DNA from: Rhodospirillales bacterium
GTDB taxonomy: Bacteria > Pseudomonadota > Alphaproteobacteria > Micavibrionales > Micavibrionaceae
Reading direction: 5' to 3'
Assembly: GCA_020638155.1 (NCBI GenBank)
Contig: JACKJB010000005.1
Span: 5,235-69,234, forward strand
Length of the DNA stretch: 64,000 nucleotides
Every line of letters begins with the position of its first letter. The first letter of the stretch is position 1. The translations under genes and the position numbers were made by a program. Shown piece after piece: positions 56,709 to 64,000 of this stretch. The notes under the pieces are model-generated. The model saw only the letters and a program-made list of their open reading frames with translations, ran no database searches and had not been told where the DNA came from.

Positions 56709-56851
56709 CCTCTTGTGTTAGTGTATTAACACGATAATACAGTGGTGAGTCAACAAAAAATTAAAAAAATTTCGCAAATGCAGCATTGAAGGTGAAAAGC
56801 ATCGCCAATCCCCGCCCTTTCCTGCTATATCCATACTGACATGATCTGTGT

Positions 56852-57130
56852 TTGGAGGACATCATGAAAATAACATTTGATATCAACTGTACGCCCGAAG
56901 AGGCCCGCCGTTTTATGGGATTGCCGGATTTGACGCCGATGCAGGATAAAATCCTGAAAGAGATGGAAAACAAGATGCTTGAGAATATGCGTTCGCTTGA
57001 GCCGGAAACATTCATGAAAACCTGGATGCCATTGACGCTTGAAAACTGGACTGAAATGCAAAAACTGTTCTGGGCGCAAATGGGGATCGAGCCAGCCAAG
57101 GCCGCGCCGCGGAAAAAGACCGGCAGCTAA
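56852..57130 (+). CDS. Small conserved hypothetical protein
   Basis: (MEDI)MKITFDINCTPEEARRFMGLPDLTPMQDKIL... lies upstream of mnmE. It resembles a small protein commonly found at this locus in alphaproteobacteria, from memory only and without a family name. Confidence 0.5.
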   Translation: MEDIMKITFDINCTPEEARRFMGLPDLTPMQDKILKEMENKMLENMRSLEPETFMKTWMPLTLENWTEMQKLFWAQMGIEPAKAAPRKKTGS

Positions 57131-57169
57131 ATCTTGCAATCTATATAGTTTTGACCCTATATCATCGTT

Positions 57170-58522
57170 ATGACAATAAATGACACGATCTATGCGCTGG
57201 CAACGCCGCCCGGTAAAGGGGGGGTTGCTGTTGTCCGTGTCTCTGGCGTGCGGGCAAAAAATAGTCTTATGGCAATAGCTGGACGGAGTCTCCCGTCGCC
57301 GCGCGCCACAAGATTCTGTAAAATTATGAATCCTGTTTCACGTGAAACAATTGACCGCGGGCTGGTGATCTATTTCCGGAGTCCGGCGAGTTTCACCGGT
57401 GAGGATGTTGCCGAGTACCATCTGCATGGCGGCGTTGCTGTCGTTCGGGCGCTTTTGGACGTTCTTGCGGATCAGGACGGGCACAGGCTGGCTGCGCCGG
57501 GCGAGTTTACCCGCCGGGCGTTTGAAAATGGCAAAATTGATTTGACCGAAGCCGAAGCCGTGGCCGACCTGATCGACGCCGAAACGGCGCTGCAGCGCAG
57601 CCAGGCCTTGACCCAGCTGGAGGGCGGTTTGTCCGCGATTTATAATCGCTGGCGGGATGCGTTGAAAAAAGCGCTGGCGTATCTTGAGGCCGATCTCGAA
57701 TTCCCTGACGAAGATATGCCGGAGGGGGTCGCGCCGGAGGTGGTGCCGATTCTTGAAAATTTATGTTCGGAAATGGCGGCGCATCTTGATGATAACCGCC
57801 GGGGGGAGCGCCTGCGCGACGGGATAAAAATTGCCGTGATCGGCGCGCCGAATGCCGGGAAATCGTCCCTGGTTAATGTGCTGGCCCGGCGGGATGTGGC
57901 GATTGTTTCCGAGCATGCCGGGACCACGCGGGATGTTATTGAAGTCCATCTTGATCTGGGCGGTTATCCTGTCATTTTATCCGATACGGCCGGGCTGCGG
58001 CCGGAGCAGCTCGGGCAGGGGGCGCAGGACCAGATTGAGGGTGAGGGTATCCGCCGGGCGATCCGCCGGGCGGAAGAGGCGGATATCCGGATTCTGCTTT
58101 TTGATGCCAGTGCCGCCGGGACGATGGATTCGCACACGCTGGCGCTCAAAAATGACTCCGCGCTGGTCGTTTTTAATAAAGTGGATAAGGGTGTGGAAAA
58201 GTCTGCCCATAACTATGAGGGCGAATCGGTGCATATCTCTGCACAGAGCGGGGAAGGGCTTTCTGCCCTGATCGATCTGTTGGCGGCGCGTATTGATGTT
58301 TTGATCGGGCGGCAGGAAACCCCGTCTTTAACCCGTGCCCGGCATCGCGAAGCGTTGCAGGATTGCCGTGATGCGCTGGTCCGCGCTTTTGCCGCGCCGC
58401 TGCCCGAACTGGTCGCCGAAGATGTGCGGCTTGCCATTCGCCAGCTTGGGCGGATTACCGGGCGCGTGGATGTCGAAGATTTGCTCGATGTGATCTTCAA
58501 GGATTTCTGTATCGGAAAATGA
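57170..58522 (+). CDS. mnmE: tRNA modification GTPase MnmE
   Basis: TIYALATPPGKGGVAVVRVSG, G1 motif GAPNAGKSS, C-terminal FCIGK. Confidence 0.95.
   Translation: MTINDTIYALATPPGKGGVAVVRVSGVRAKNSLMAIAGRSLPSPRATRFCKIMNPVSRETIDRGLVIYFRSPASFTGEDVAEYHLHGGVAVVRALLDVLADQDGHRLAAPGEFTRRAFENGKIDLTEAEAVADLIDAETALQRSQALTQLEGGLSAIYNRWRDALKKALAYLEADLEFPDEDMPEGVAPEVVPILENLCSEMAAHLDDNRRGERLRDGIKIAVIGAPNAGKSSLVNVLARRDVAIVSEHAGTTRDVIEVHLDLGGYPVILSDTAGLRPEQLGQGAQDQIEGEGIRRAIRRAEEADIRILLFDASAAGTMDSHTLALKNDSALVVFNKVDKGVEKSAHNYEGESVHISAQSGEGLSALIDLLAARIDVLIGRQETPSLTRARHREALQDCRDALVRAFAAPLPELVAEDVRLAIRQLGRITGRVDVEDLLDVIFKDFCIGK
57334..57349. promoter_or_regulatory. parS centromere site (perfect 16-bp palindrome) inside mnmE
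   Basis: TGTTTCACGTGAAACA equals the canonical chromosomal parS consensus. Confidence 0.85.
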
Positions 58523-58586
58523 TGGCCGATCAGGGTTTTAGTCTAAAAAACTGGCATTTTTACCTGTCTTTATTATATAACAGCGC

Positions 58587-60467
58587 ATGATTAAATCTTT
58601 CGATGTCATTGTGGTTGGCGGCGGTCACGCCGGATGCGAAGCGGCTGCTGCTGCGGCGCGGATGGGCGCGTCCACGGCGCTGCTGACTCACCGGCTGGAT
58701 ACGATCGGCGCGATGTCCTGTAACCCAGCGATTGGGGGGCTGGGTAAAGGTCATCTGGTGCGCGAGATCGATGCGCTGGACGGGGTGATGGGCCGGGTGA
58801 TCGACCGGGCCGGGATCCAGTACCGGATGCTTAATGCCTCCAAAGGCCCTGCCGTCCGGGGACCACGCGCGCAAGCGGACCGCAAGCTTTATAAGCAGGC
58901 GATGCAGGATATCCTGGGTGCCTATCCGAATTTAACCCTGGTTCAGGGCGCGGCAGACGATCTGATCCTCGATGATAACGGGGCGATTGCCGGGCTGAGG
59001 ACGCTGGACGGGGCGGAGTATCAATGCCGGGCCGTGGTTCTGACGACCGGGACGTTCCTGCGCGGAATTATTCACCGGGGCGAAGAAACCACGCCCGCCG
59101 GGCGGGTGGGCGAAGCGCCGACGATCGGGCTTGCGGAAACGCTGGAGCGGCTGCAATTTCCGCTCGGGCGGCTGAAAACCGGGACGCCGCCCCGGCTTGA
59201 CGGGCGCACGATCGACTGGACGGTCCTGGAAGAGCAGCCGGGCGATCATCCGCCGGTGCCGTTTTCCTTTATGACCGATAAGGTTACCGTGCCGCAGATC
59301 CCATGTCATATCACCTATACCAACCCGGAAACGCATCAGGCGATTGCCGATAATATCGACCGCGCGCCGATGTATTCCGGGCAAATCAAGAGTTCCGGGC
59401 CGCGTTATTGCCCGTCAATCGAGGATAAAATCATGCGCTTCCGGGATAAGGAGCGGCACCAGATTTTCCTTGAGCCGGAAGGGCTGGACGATCATACGGT
59501 TTATCCTAACGGAATTTCGACCTCGCTGCCGATCGATGTACAGGCGGCGCTTTTGAAAACGATTCCGGGTCTTGAAAATACCGCGGTCCTGGAGTGGGGC
59601 TATGCGATTGAATATGATTATTGCGACCCGCGCGACCTGAAATCCACGCTTGAAAGCCGCCGCTTGCCGGGACTTTATATGGCCGGGCAGATTAACGGGA
59701 CGACCGGTTACGAAGAGGCGGCGGCGCAAGGGCTGATGGCCGGGATTAACGCCGCCCTGCAGGCGGGGAGCGCGGCGCAGGATGTGCCGATATTCACGCT
59801 CGACCGGGCGGAAGCCTATATTGGGGTCTTGATTGATGATTTGATTACCCGCGGGGCGCCGGAACCATACCGGATGTTTACCAGCCGGGCGGAATACCGT
59901 CTGCGCCTGCGCGCCGATAATGCCGACCAGCGTTTGACCCCGCGCGGGCTGGATATTGGCTGTATCGGCCCGGCGCGCCAGAAAGTCTGGGGCGCAAAAG
60001 CGGATTCATTGGCGGCCGGCCGGGCGCTGGTGCAGGAGATCCAGGCGACCCCGAATGAGCTGGCCGCGCAGGGGCTTAAGATTAACCAGGACGGGGTGCG
60101 CCGCTCGGCGTTCACGCTTTTGGGGTATCCGACGATCGACTGGGCGGATTTATGCCGGGTCTGGCCGGAATTGGACGCGATCCCGCCGTCTGTGGTTGAG
60201 CAGATTGAGTGCGATGCGCTATATGCCGGGTATATGGATCGTCATGAGGCCGATATCGCCGCTTTCCGCAAGGATGAGGCGCTGGCCTTGCCCGAAGACC
60301 TTGATTACGGCCAGATTGGCAGCCTGTCCAATGAGGTGCGGCAAAAGCTCGAGCAGGCCAGGCCGGCAACGCTCGGCGCGGCAAGCCGTATTCCCGGTGT
60401 GACGCCGTCCGCGGTGGTCGCGCTGCTGCGGTTCGTGAAACGGGGCGGGGCACGGGATGCTGCCTGA
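58587..60467 (+). CDS. mnmG: tRNA uridine 5-carboxymethylaminomethyl modification enzyme MnmG (GidA)
   Basis: [39 protein letters not shown]. Confidence 0.95.
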   Translation: MIKSFDVIVVGGGHAGCEAAAAAARMGASTALLTHRLDTIGAMSCNPAIGGLGKGHLVREIDALDGVMGRVIDRAGIQYRMLNASKGPAVRGPRAQADRKLYKQAMQDILGAYPNLTLVQGAADDLILDDNGAIAGLRTLDGAEYQCRAVVLTTGTFLRGIIHRGEETTPAGRVGEAPTIGLAETLERLQFPLGRLKTGTPPRLDGRTIDWTVLEEQPGDHPPVPFSFMTDKVTVPQIPCHITYTNPETHQAIADNIDRAPMYSGQIKSSGPRYCPSIEDKIMRFRDKERHQIFLEPEGLDDHTVYPNGISTSLPIDVQAALLKTIPGLENTAVLEWGYAIEYDYCDPRDLKSTLESRRLPGLYMAGQINGTTGYEEAAAQGLMAGINAALQAGSAAQDVPIFTLDRAEAYIGVLIDDLITRGAPEPYRMFTSRAEYRLRLRADNADQRLTPRGLDIGCIGPARQKVWGAKADSLAAGRALVQEIQATPNELAAQGLKINQDGVRRSAFTLLGYPTIDWADLCRVWPELDAIPPSVVEQIECDALYAGYMDRHEADIAAFRKDEALALPEDLDYGQIGSLSNEVRQKLEQARPATLGAASRIPGVTPSAVVALLRFVKRGGARDAA

Positions 60468-61050
60468 GGATTCGCGGCAAAAACTCAAACAATATCTCGC
60501 GCTGTTGCGCAAATGGCAGTGCTCGATCAATCTGGTCAGCCCGGCGACACTCGATCACGCCTGGGAGCGGCATTTTGAGGATTCGCTCCAGCTTGCCGCC
60601 CTGATTCCCGAAGAAGCCGTTTTGTTTGATCTGGGGTGCGGTGCAGGGTTCCCCGGATTGGTGCTGGCGATTGCGCGGCCGGACATTAAAGTGACCCTGA
60701 TTGAATCTGATACAAAGAAATGCACATTTTTATCCACTGTTTCACGTGAAACAATGACCCCTGTAAGCGTCGTGAATCAGCGGATCGAATCGGCGGTTAC
60801 AGATTCAATCCCCACTATTATCACCGCGAGGGCGTTGGCATCACTGGATAAGTTGCTCGGCTATGTGATGCCGTGGGCGAAAGCGAATCCTGATCTGGTC
60901 TTGTTGTTTTTAAAGGGGCGGCAGGCGGCGGACGAAGTGACGGATGCGCTGCGTTTATATGATTTCACCTATGAGATGGTTCCGAGCCGTACCGATTCAG
61001 AAGCCCAGATTGTCAGAATCAGCAATCTTCGCGAAAAGTCAGATGGTTAG
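60457..61050 (+). CDS. rsmG: 16S rRNA m7G527 methyltransferase RsmG (GidB)
   Basis: [18 protein letters not shown] motif, in the conserved mnmG-rsmG-parA-parB order. Confidence 0.9.
   Translation: MLPEDSRQKLKQYLALLRKWQCSINLVSPATLDHAWERHFEDSLQLAALIPEEAVLFDLGCGAGFPGLVLAIARPDIKVTLIESDTKKCTFLSTVSRETMTPVSVVNQRIESAVTDSIPTIITARALASLDKLLGYVMPWAKANPDLVLLFLKGRQAADEVTDALRLYDFTYEMVPSRTDSEAQIVRISNLREKSDG
60738..60753. promoter_or_regulatory. parS centromere site (perfect 16-bp palindrome) inside rsmG
   Basis: TGTTTCACGTGAAACA. It is immediately preceded by TTATCCACT (60730-60738), a DnaA-box-like 9-mer. Confidence 0.85.
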
Positions 61051-61128
61051 AGGCTTTTCCTTGACCTGTGGTCGATAAATCGACATGATAGGGACCGTTC
61101 CCCGAACCCGTATTTATTGAGAGTGCAT

Positions 61129-61995
61129 ATGACCGAATATCCCTCACGCTACCCGTTTACGACGAAAAAGCCGGAATTGAAAAATGGCGGCATTAGTGTC
61201 TCCAGGACCCCGCGTATCTTTGCGATCGCGAACCAGAAGGGCGGTGTGGGGAAAACCACGACATCGATTAATCTTGCGACGGCGATGTGTGCGGTCGGGA
61301 AAAAAGTGCTGCTGGTTGATCTTGACCCGCAGGGCAACGCTTCGACCGGGCTTGGGGTGAAGCGCTCCAGCCTGCAAAAGAGCATGTATGACGTGCTGTT
61401 CGGTGAGGCGCATGTGCTGGATGTGATCCAGCAAACCAAAGTGCCGGGGCTGTCGGTTGCGCCGTCTTCTGTTCACCTGTCCGGGGCGGAACTGGAGCTG
61501 GTGACGGCGGAGCGCCGGGAATACCGGCTGCGCGAATCGCTGCGGACGCCGTTGCCGTATGATTACATCATTATGGATTGCCCGCCTTCGCTGAACCTTT
61601 TGACGCTGAATGCCCTGGTTTGCGCCGATTCGGTGGTTGTGCCGCTGCAATGTGAATTTTATGCGCTGGAAGGGCTGAGTCATCTTGTGAAGACGATCGA
61701 GCGGGTGAAAAAGCACTATAACGAGACGCTGGATATCCATGGCGTGGTGCTGACGATGTATGACAAACGCAATAATCTGTCCGGTATGGTCGCGAATGAT
61801 GTCCGCGATTATTTTGGCGATAAGGTCTATAAAACCGTGATTCCGCGCAATGTCCGTGTGTCCGAGGCGCCGTCTTTCGGCCTGCCGGCGATTGTCTATG
61901 ACATGCGCTGCCCTGGGGCGCAGGCCTATATCCACCTGGCCAGCGAAGTGCTGCGCCGCGAGCGGAAAATGATGCGGGCGCACGAGGCCGCTTAA
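61129..61995 (+). CDS. parA: Chromosome partitioning ATPase ParA
   Basis: IFAIANQKGGVGKTTT deviant Walker A. ATG at 61129, inside the track ORF that starts at a TTG. Confidence 0.93.
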   Translation: MTEYPSRYPFTTKKPELKNGGISVSRTPRIFAIANQKGGVGKTTTSINLATAMCAVGKKVLLVDLDPQGNASTGLGVKRSSLQKSMYDVLFGEAHVLDVIQQTKVPGLSVAPSSVHLSGAELELVTAERREYRLRESLRTPLPYDYIIMDCPPSLNLLTLNALVCADSVVVPLQCEFYALEGLSHLVKTIERVKKHYNETLDIHGVVLTMYDKRNNLSGMVANDVRDYFGDKVYKTVIPRNVRVSEAPSFGLPAIVYDMRCPGAQAYIHLASEVLRRERKMMRAHEAA

Positions 61996-62025
61996 AGATT
62001 AATCCCTATATCTGTGTGAGTGACG

Positions 62026-62967
62026 ATGAGCGATGAGATGAAAAGCGATGTGAAGCCCGATCCGAAAAAGCGGGGTTTGGGCCGCGGCCTGAACGCGCTG
62101 TTTGAAGATGAAGAGGGGATTTACCCGCAGGCCGATCCGCAAGGGCATACGCCGGGGACGGCGCGCCTGATGGTCGGGGTTGACCAGCTGGAGCCGGGGA
62201 CGTACCAGCCGCGCCGCAAATTTTCTGATGAGAGCATTAACGAGCTGGCCGAATCGATCGCCGTGCACGGGGTTTTGCAGCCGCTGATCGTGCGGCAGAA
62301 GCCCGGATTTGACGGGACATATGAGATTATCGCCGGGGAGCGCCGTTGGCGCGCGTCGCAAAAGGCGCAGCTTCATGAAGTGCCGGTGATCGTTAAGGAA
62401 CTTGATGACGGGCAGGCTTTGGAAATCGCCCTGATCGAGAATTTGCAGCGCGAAGATTTGAACCCGGTCGAAGAAGCGCTCGGCTACCAGCAACTGATCG
62501 AGGAATTCGGCCATACGCAGGAAAAGGCCGCCGCGGTGCTCGGTAAAAGCCGCAGCCATGTCGCGAATATGATCCGGTTGCTGAGCCTGCCGCGCAAGGT
62601 CATGGATATGGTGCGGGACGGCAAGCTGAGCGCCGGGCACGCCCGGACGCTGGTGACGGCGGAAAACCCGGAAGAACTGGCAAATATCATTGTTTCTCAA
62701 GGGCTTAGTGTTCGTGAGGCCGAGCGCCTAGCCGCTGATAAAAGCGGGCGGACGCCGGGCAAGCGCAAATCCGGCTCTAAGGCCGAAAAAGATGTTGATA
62801 CGCTGGCGCTGGAAGATGAAATTACCAACGCGCTGGGCATGAAAGTCAGCATCGATGTGAAGGGGCAGGGCACCGGCGCGCTGAAAATCCGCTTCGAAAC
62901 GCTCGATCAGCTTGATGATCTGTTGCACCGTTTATCCCATTTCCCGGGACGGCAGCAGGCGGGGTGA
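62026..62967 (+). CDS. parB: Chromosome partitioning protein ParB
   Basis: GLGRGLNALF, IIAGERRWRAS, HTH region. The ATG is at 62026 (GTG at 62020 is also possible). Confidence 0.93.
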   Translation: MSDEMKSDVKPDPKKRGLGRGLNALFEDEEGIYPQADPQGHTPGTARLMVGVDQLEPGTYQPRRKFSDESINELAESIAVHGVLQPLIVRQKPGFDGTYEIIAGERRWRASQKAQLHEVPVIVKELDDGQALEIALIENLQREDLNPVEEALGYQQLIEEFGHTQEKAAAVLGKSRSHVANMIRLLSLPRKVMDMVRDGKLSAGHARTLVTAENPEELANIIVSQGLSVREAERLAADKSGRTPGKRKSGSKAEKDVDTLALEDEITNALGMKVSIDVKGQGTGALKIRFETLDQLDDLLHRLSHFPGRQQAG

Positions 62968-63028
62968 TTTAGGGCTTGGGGACGTAATGGGTATTGTGTC
63001 CCGTATCATATAACTGGTGTTTTTAAAT

Positions 63029-63310
63029 ATGCATTTTATAGCTTTTTGGACTCTTGTAGAAAACTATATTGAGCGCGAAACTGTAAAGCAATTTGCCGGA
63101 TATGGCTTGATATTAGGATTTTCATCTTGGATTATCTGTTTTCTAATTTTTCCTGTAATTTCTGTGTGGCCGGATATAGATAATTTCCTTTGGCTTATGA
63201 TTCCTTTTTTTAGTCTTCATTTGCTACCGATCACAAGCCTTATCGGAAGTGCGTTGGGGTATTTAGTGGGGGTCGGTGTTTCAATTCTCAAAAAGACATC
63301 TAAAGAATAA
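63029..63310 (+). CDS. Small hypothetical membrane protein in an AT-rich spacer
   Basis: Three hydrophobic helices. The region is AT-rich compared with its flanks. No family recognised. Confidence 0.35.
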   Translation: MHFIAFWTLVENYIERETVKQFAGYGLILGFSSWIICFLIFPVISVWPDIDNFLWLMIPFFSLHLLPITSLIGSALGYLVGVGVSILKKTSKE

Positions 63311-63416
63311 ACCTTACCCTCAAATGTGCTAAAGAGAATTTCAAAAGATAGCCATAGATAAGATCGCATCAGTAGCAAGATGGTTATTTTGTCTTTGAGA
63401 CTAGCTTTTCGCGTAA

Positions 63417-64000
63417 TTACAGCCCGCTGATATTCTGGTCTTTGGGCCAGGTGACTTTCCAGCCGAGTTTTATGTCGGTTTTCTGGCTGGCCTGTAGGTC
63501 CTTGACCCATTGCAGGACGCCTTTTTTGTTATGGATGTCTTCGGTGTAGCCGGGAGTGGTGGAGTCTTTGAGAAGCTCCACTTTGATGTCTTCGTGGCGC
63601 GCGACCGGGATTGATTCGGTGAGCGCGAGTTTCACCGGGGTCTGGCGTAGATTGTGGATGGTGGTGATGTAGCGCTGCTCTTTCACGCGGTCGCGGCCGA
63701 GGATGCCGCTATCGCCGCTTTCTTCCTTGAGGGTTTCGCGGCGAACTTCGATCTGGTCGTCGATGCCGTAGAACAAATCGTATTCCTTGCCGGGGCGCAG
63801 GAGCGGCAGGCTGTTTTGACCGACATAAGCGCCATCGCGGAACAAATTGACCTGGCCGGGCAGGATCGGGCTTTCGCCTTTGAGCGTGGCATGCGCGACG
63901 AGGTAGGCTTCGGTGCTGAGCTGCGGTTTCACGTGGATTTGCAGTTCGTTATCGGCTTCAAACGTGCCGATCAGCAATTTGCTTTCCGTGCCGTCGGCCA
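63417..64000 (-). CDS. DUF4139-family (MuiA-like) protein, C-terminal part; 5' end outside the window
   Basis: The ORF is open to the window edge. ...GQVNLFRDGAYVGQ...YDLFYGIDDQIEVRRE...ITIHNLRQTPVKL... resembles the DUF4139 C-terminal region. Confidence 0.55.
   Translation of the reverse strand, partial: ADGTESKLLIGTFEADNELQIHVKPQLSTEAYLVAHATLKGESPILPGQVNLFRDGAYVGQNSLPLLRPGKEYDLFYGIDDQIEVRRETLKEESGDSGILGRDRVKEQRYITTIHNLRQTPVKLALTESIPVARHEDIKVELLKDSTTPGYTEDIHNKKGVLQWVKDLQASQKTDIKLGWKVTWPKDQNISGL

Noticed and set aside
61144-62700. Minus-strand ORFs of 279 aa and 233 aa
   Set aside because: They are antisense to parA and parB. The translations are Arg/His-rich.
1-64000. A search by eye for CRISPR arrays, rRNA genes, IS elements/transposases, integrases and prophage genes
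   Set aside because: None was seen. The only repeats found are the NERD-cassette hairpins, the MITE-like element and the paralogous genes.

Overview
This looks like an origin-proximal chromosomal segment of a moderately GC-rich, alphaproteobacterium-like genome. That placement is inferred from gene content and order: Tim44-like/fxsA/secB/dnaQ/coaE/aroE, then hemE-hemH-hemJ-rho-mnmE-mnmG-rsmG-parA-parB. Two perfect parS sites and a sigma-54 flagellar promoter support it.

The left 19 kb is accessory-like. It holds pieces of a Dot/Icm-type (type IVB) secretion system. These are a partial dotI/icmL at the window edge and a minus-strand operon: dsbC-like, unknown, lytic transglycosylase, dotD, dotC, dotB, icmT, TcpQ-like.

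Between these two modules sit five tandem, tightly packed paralogous genes (1011-8145). They encode 420-505 aa signal-peptide proteins of a family I cannot name. Four of the five have a dense cysteine cluster at the predicted mature N-terminus. This is the most interesting object in the window. flgK-flgL follows directly, with its own sigma-54 promoter.

Other notable items:
- A bacterial indoleamine 2,3-dioxygenase-family gene lies beside an NAD salvage cluster (nadD, pncB, pncA).
- An AT-rich single-gene NERD cassette is bounded by 26-bp inverted hairpin repeats.
- There is an unannotated 40-aa entericidin-type lipoprotein gene.
- A MITE-like structured repeat lies between dnaQ and coaE.
- A four-gene orphan block (41571-47375) includes a paralog pair and an 828-aa internally repetitive protein with an acidic C-terminus.
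- A candidate oriC lies upstream of hemE, where gene orientation switches.
- A membrane protein carries eight CxxC motifs.

I saw no rRNA, CRISPR array, transposase or integrase. All homology calls come from motif recognition by eye; no searches were run.
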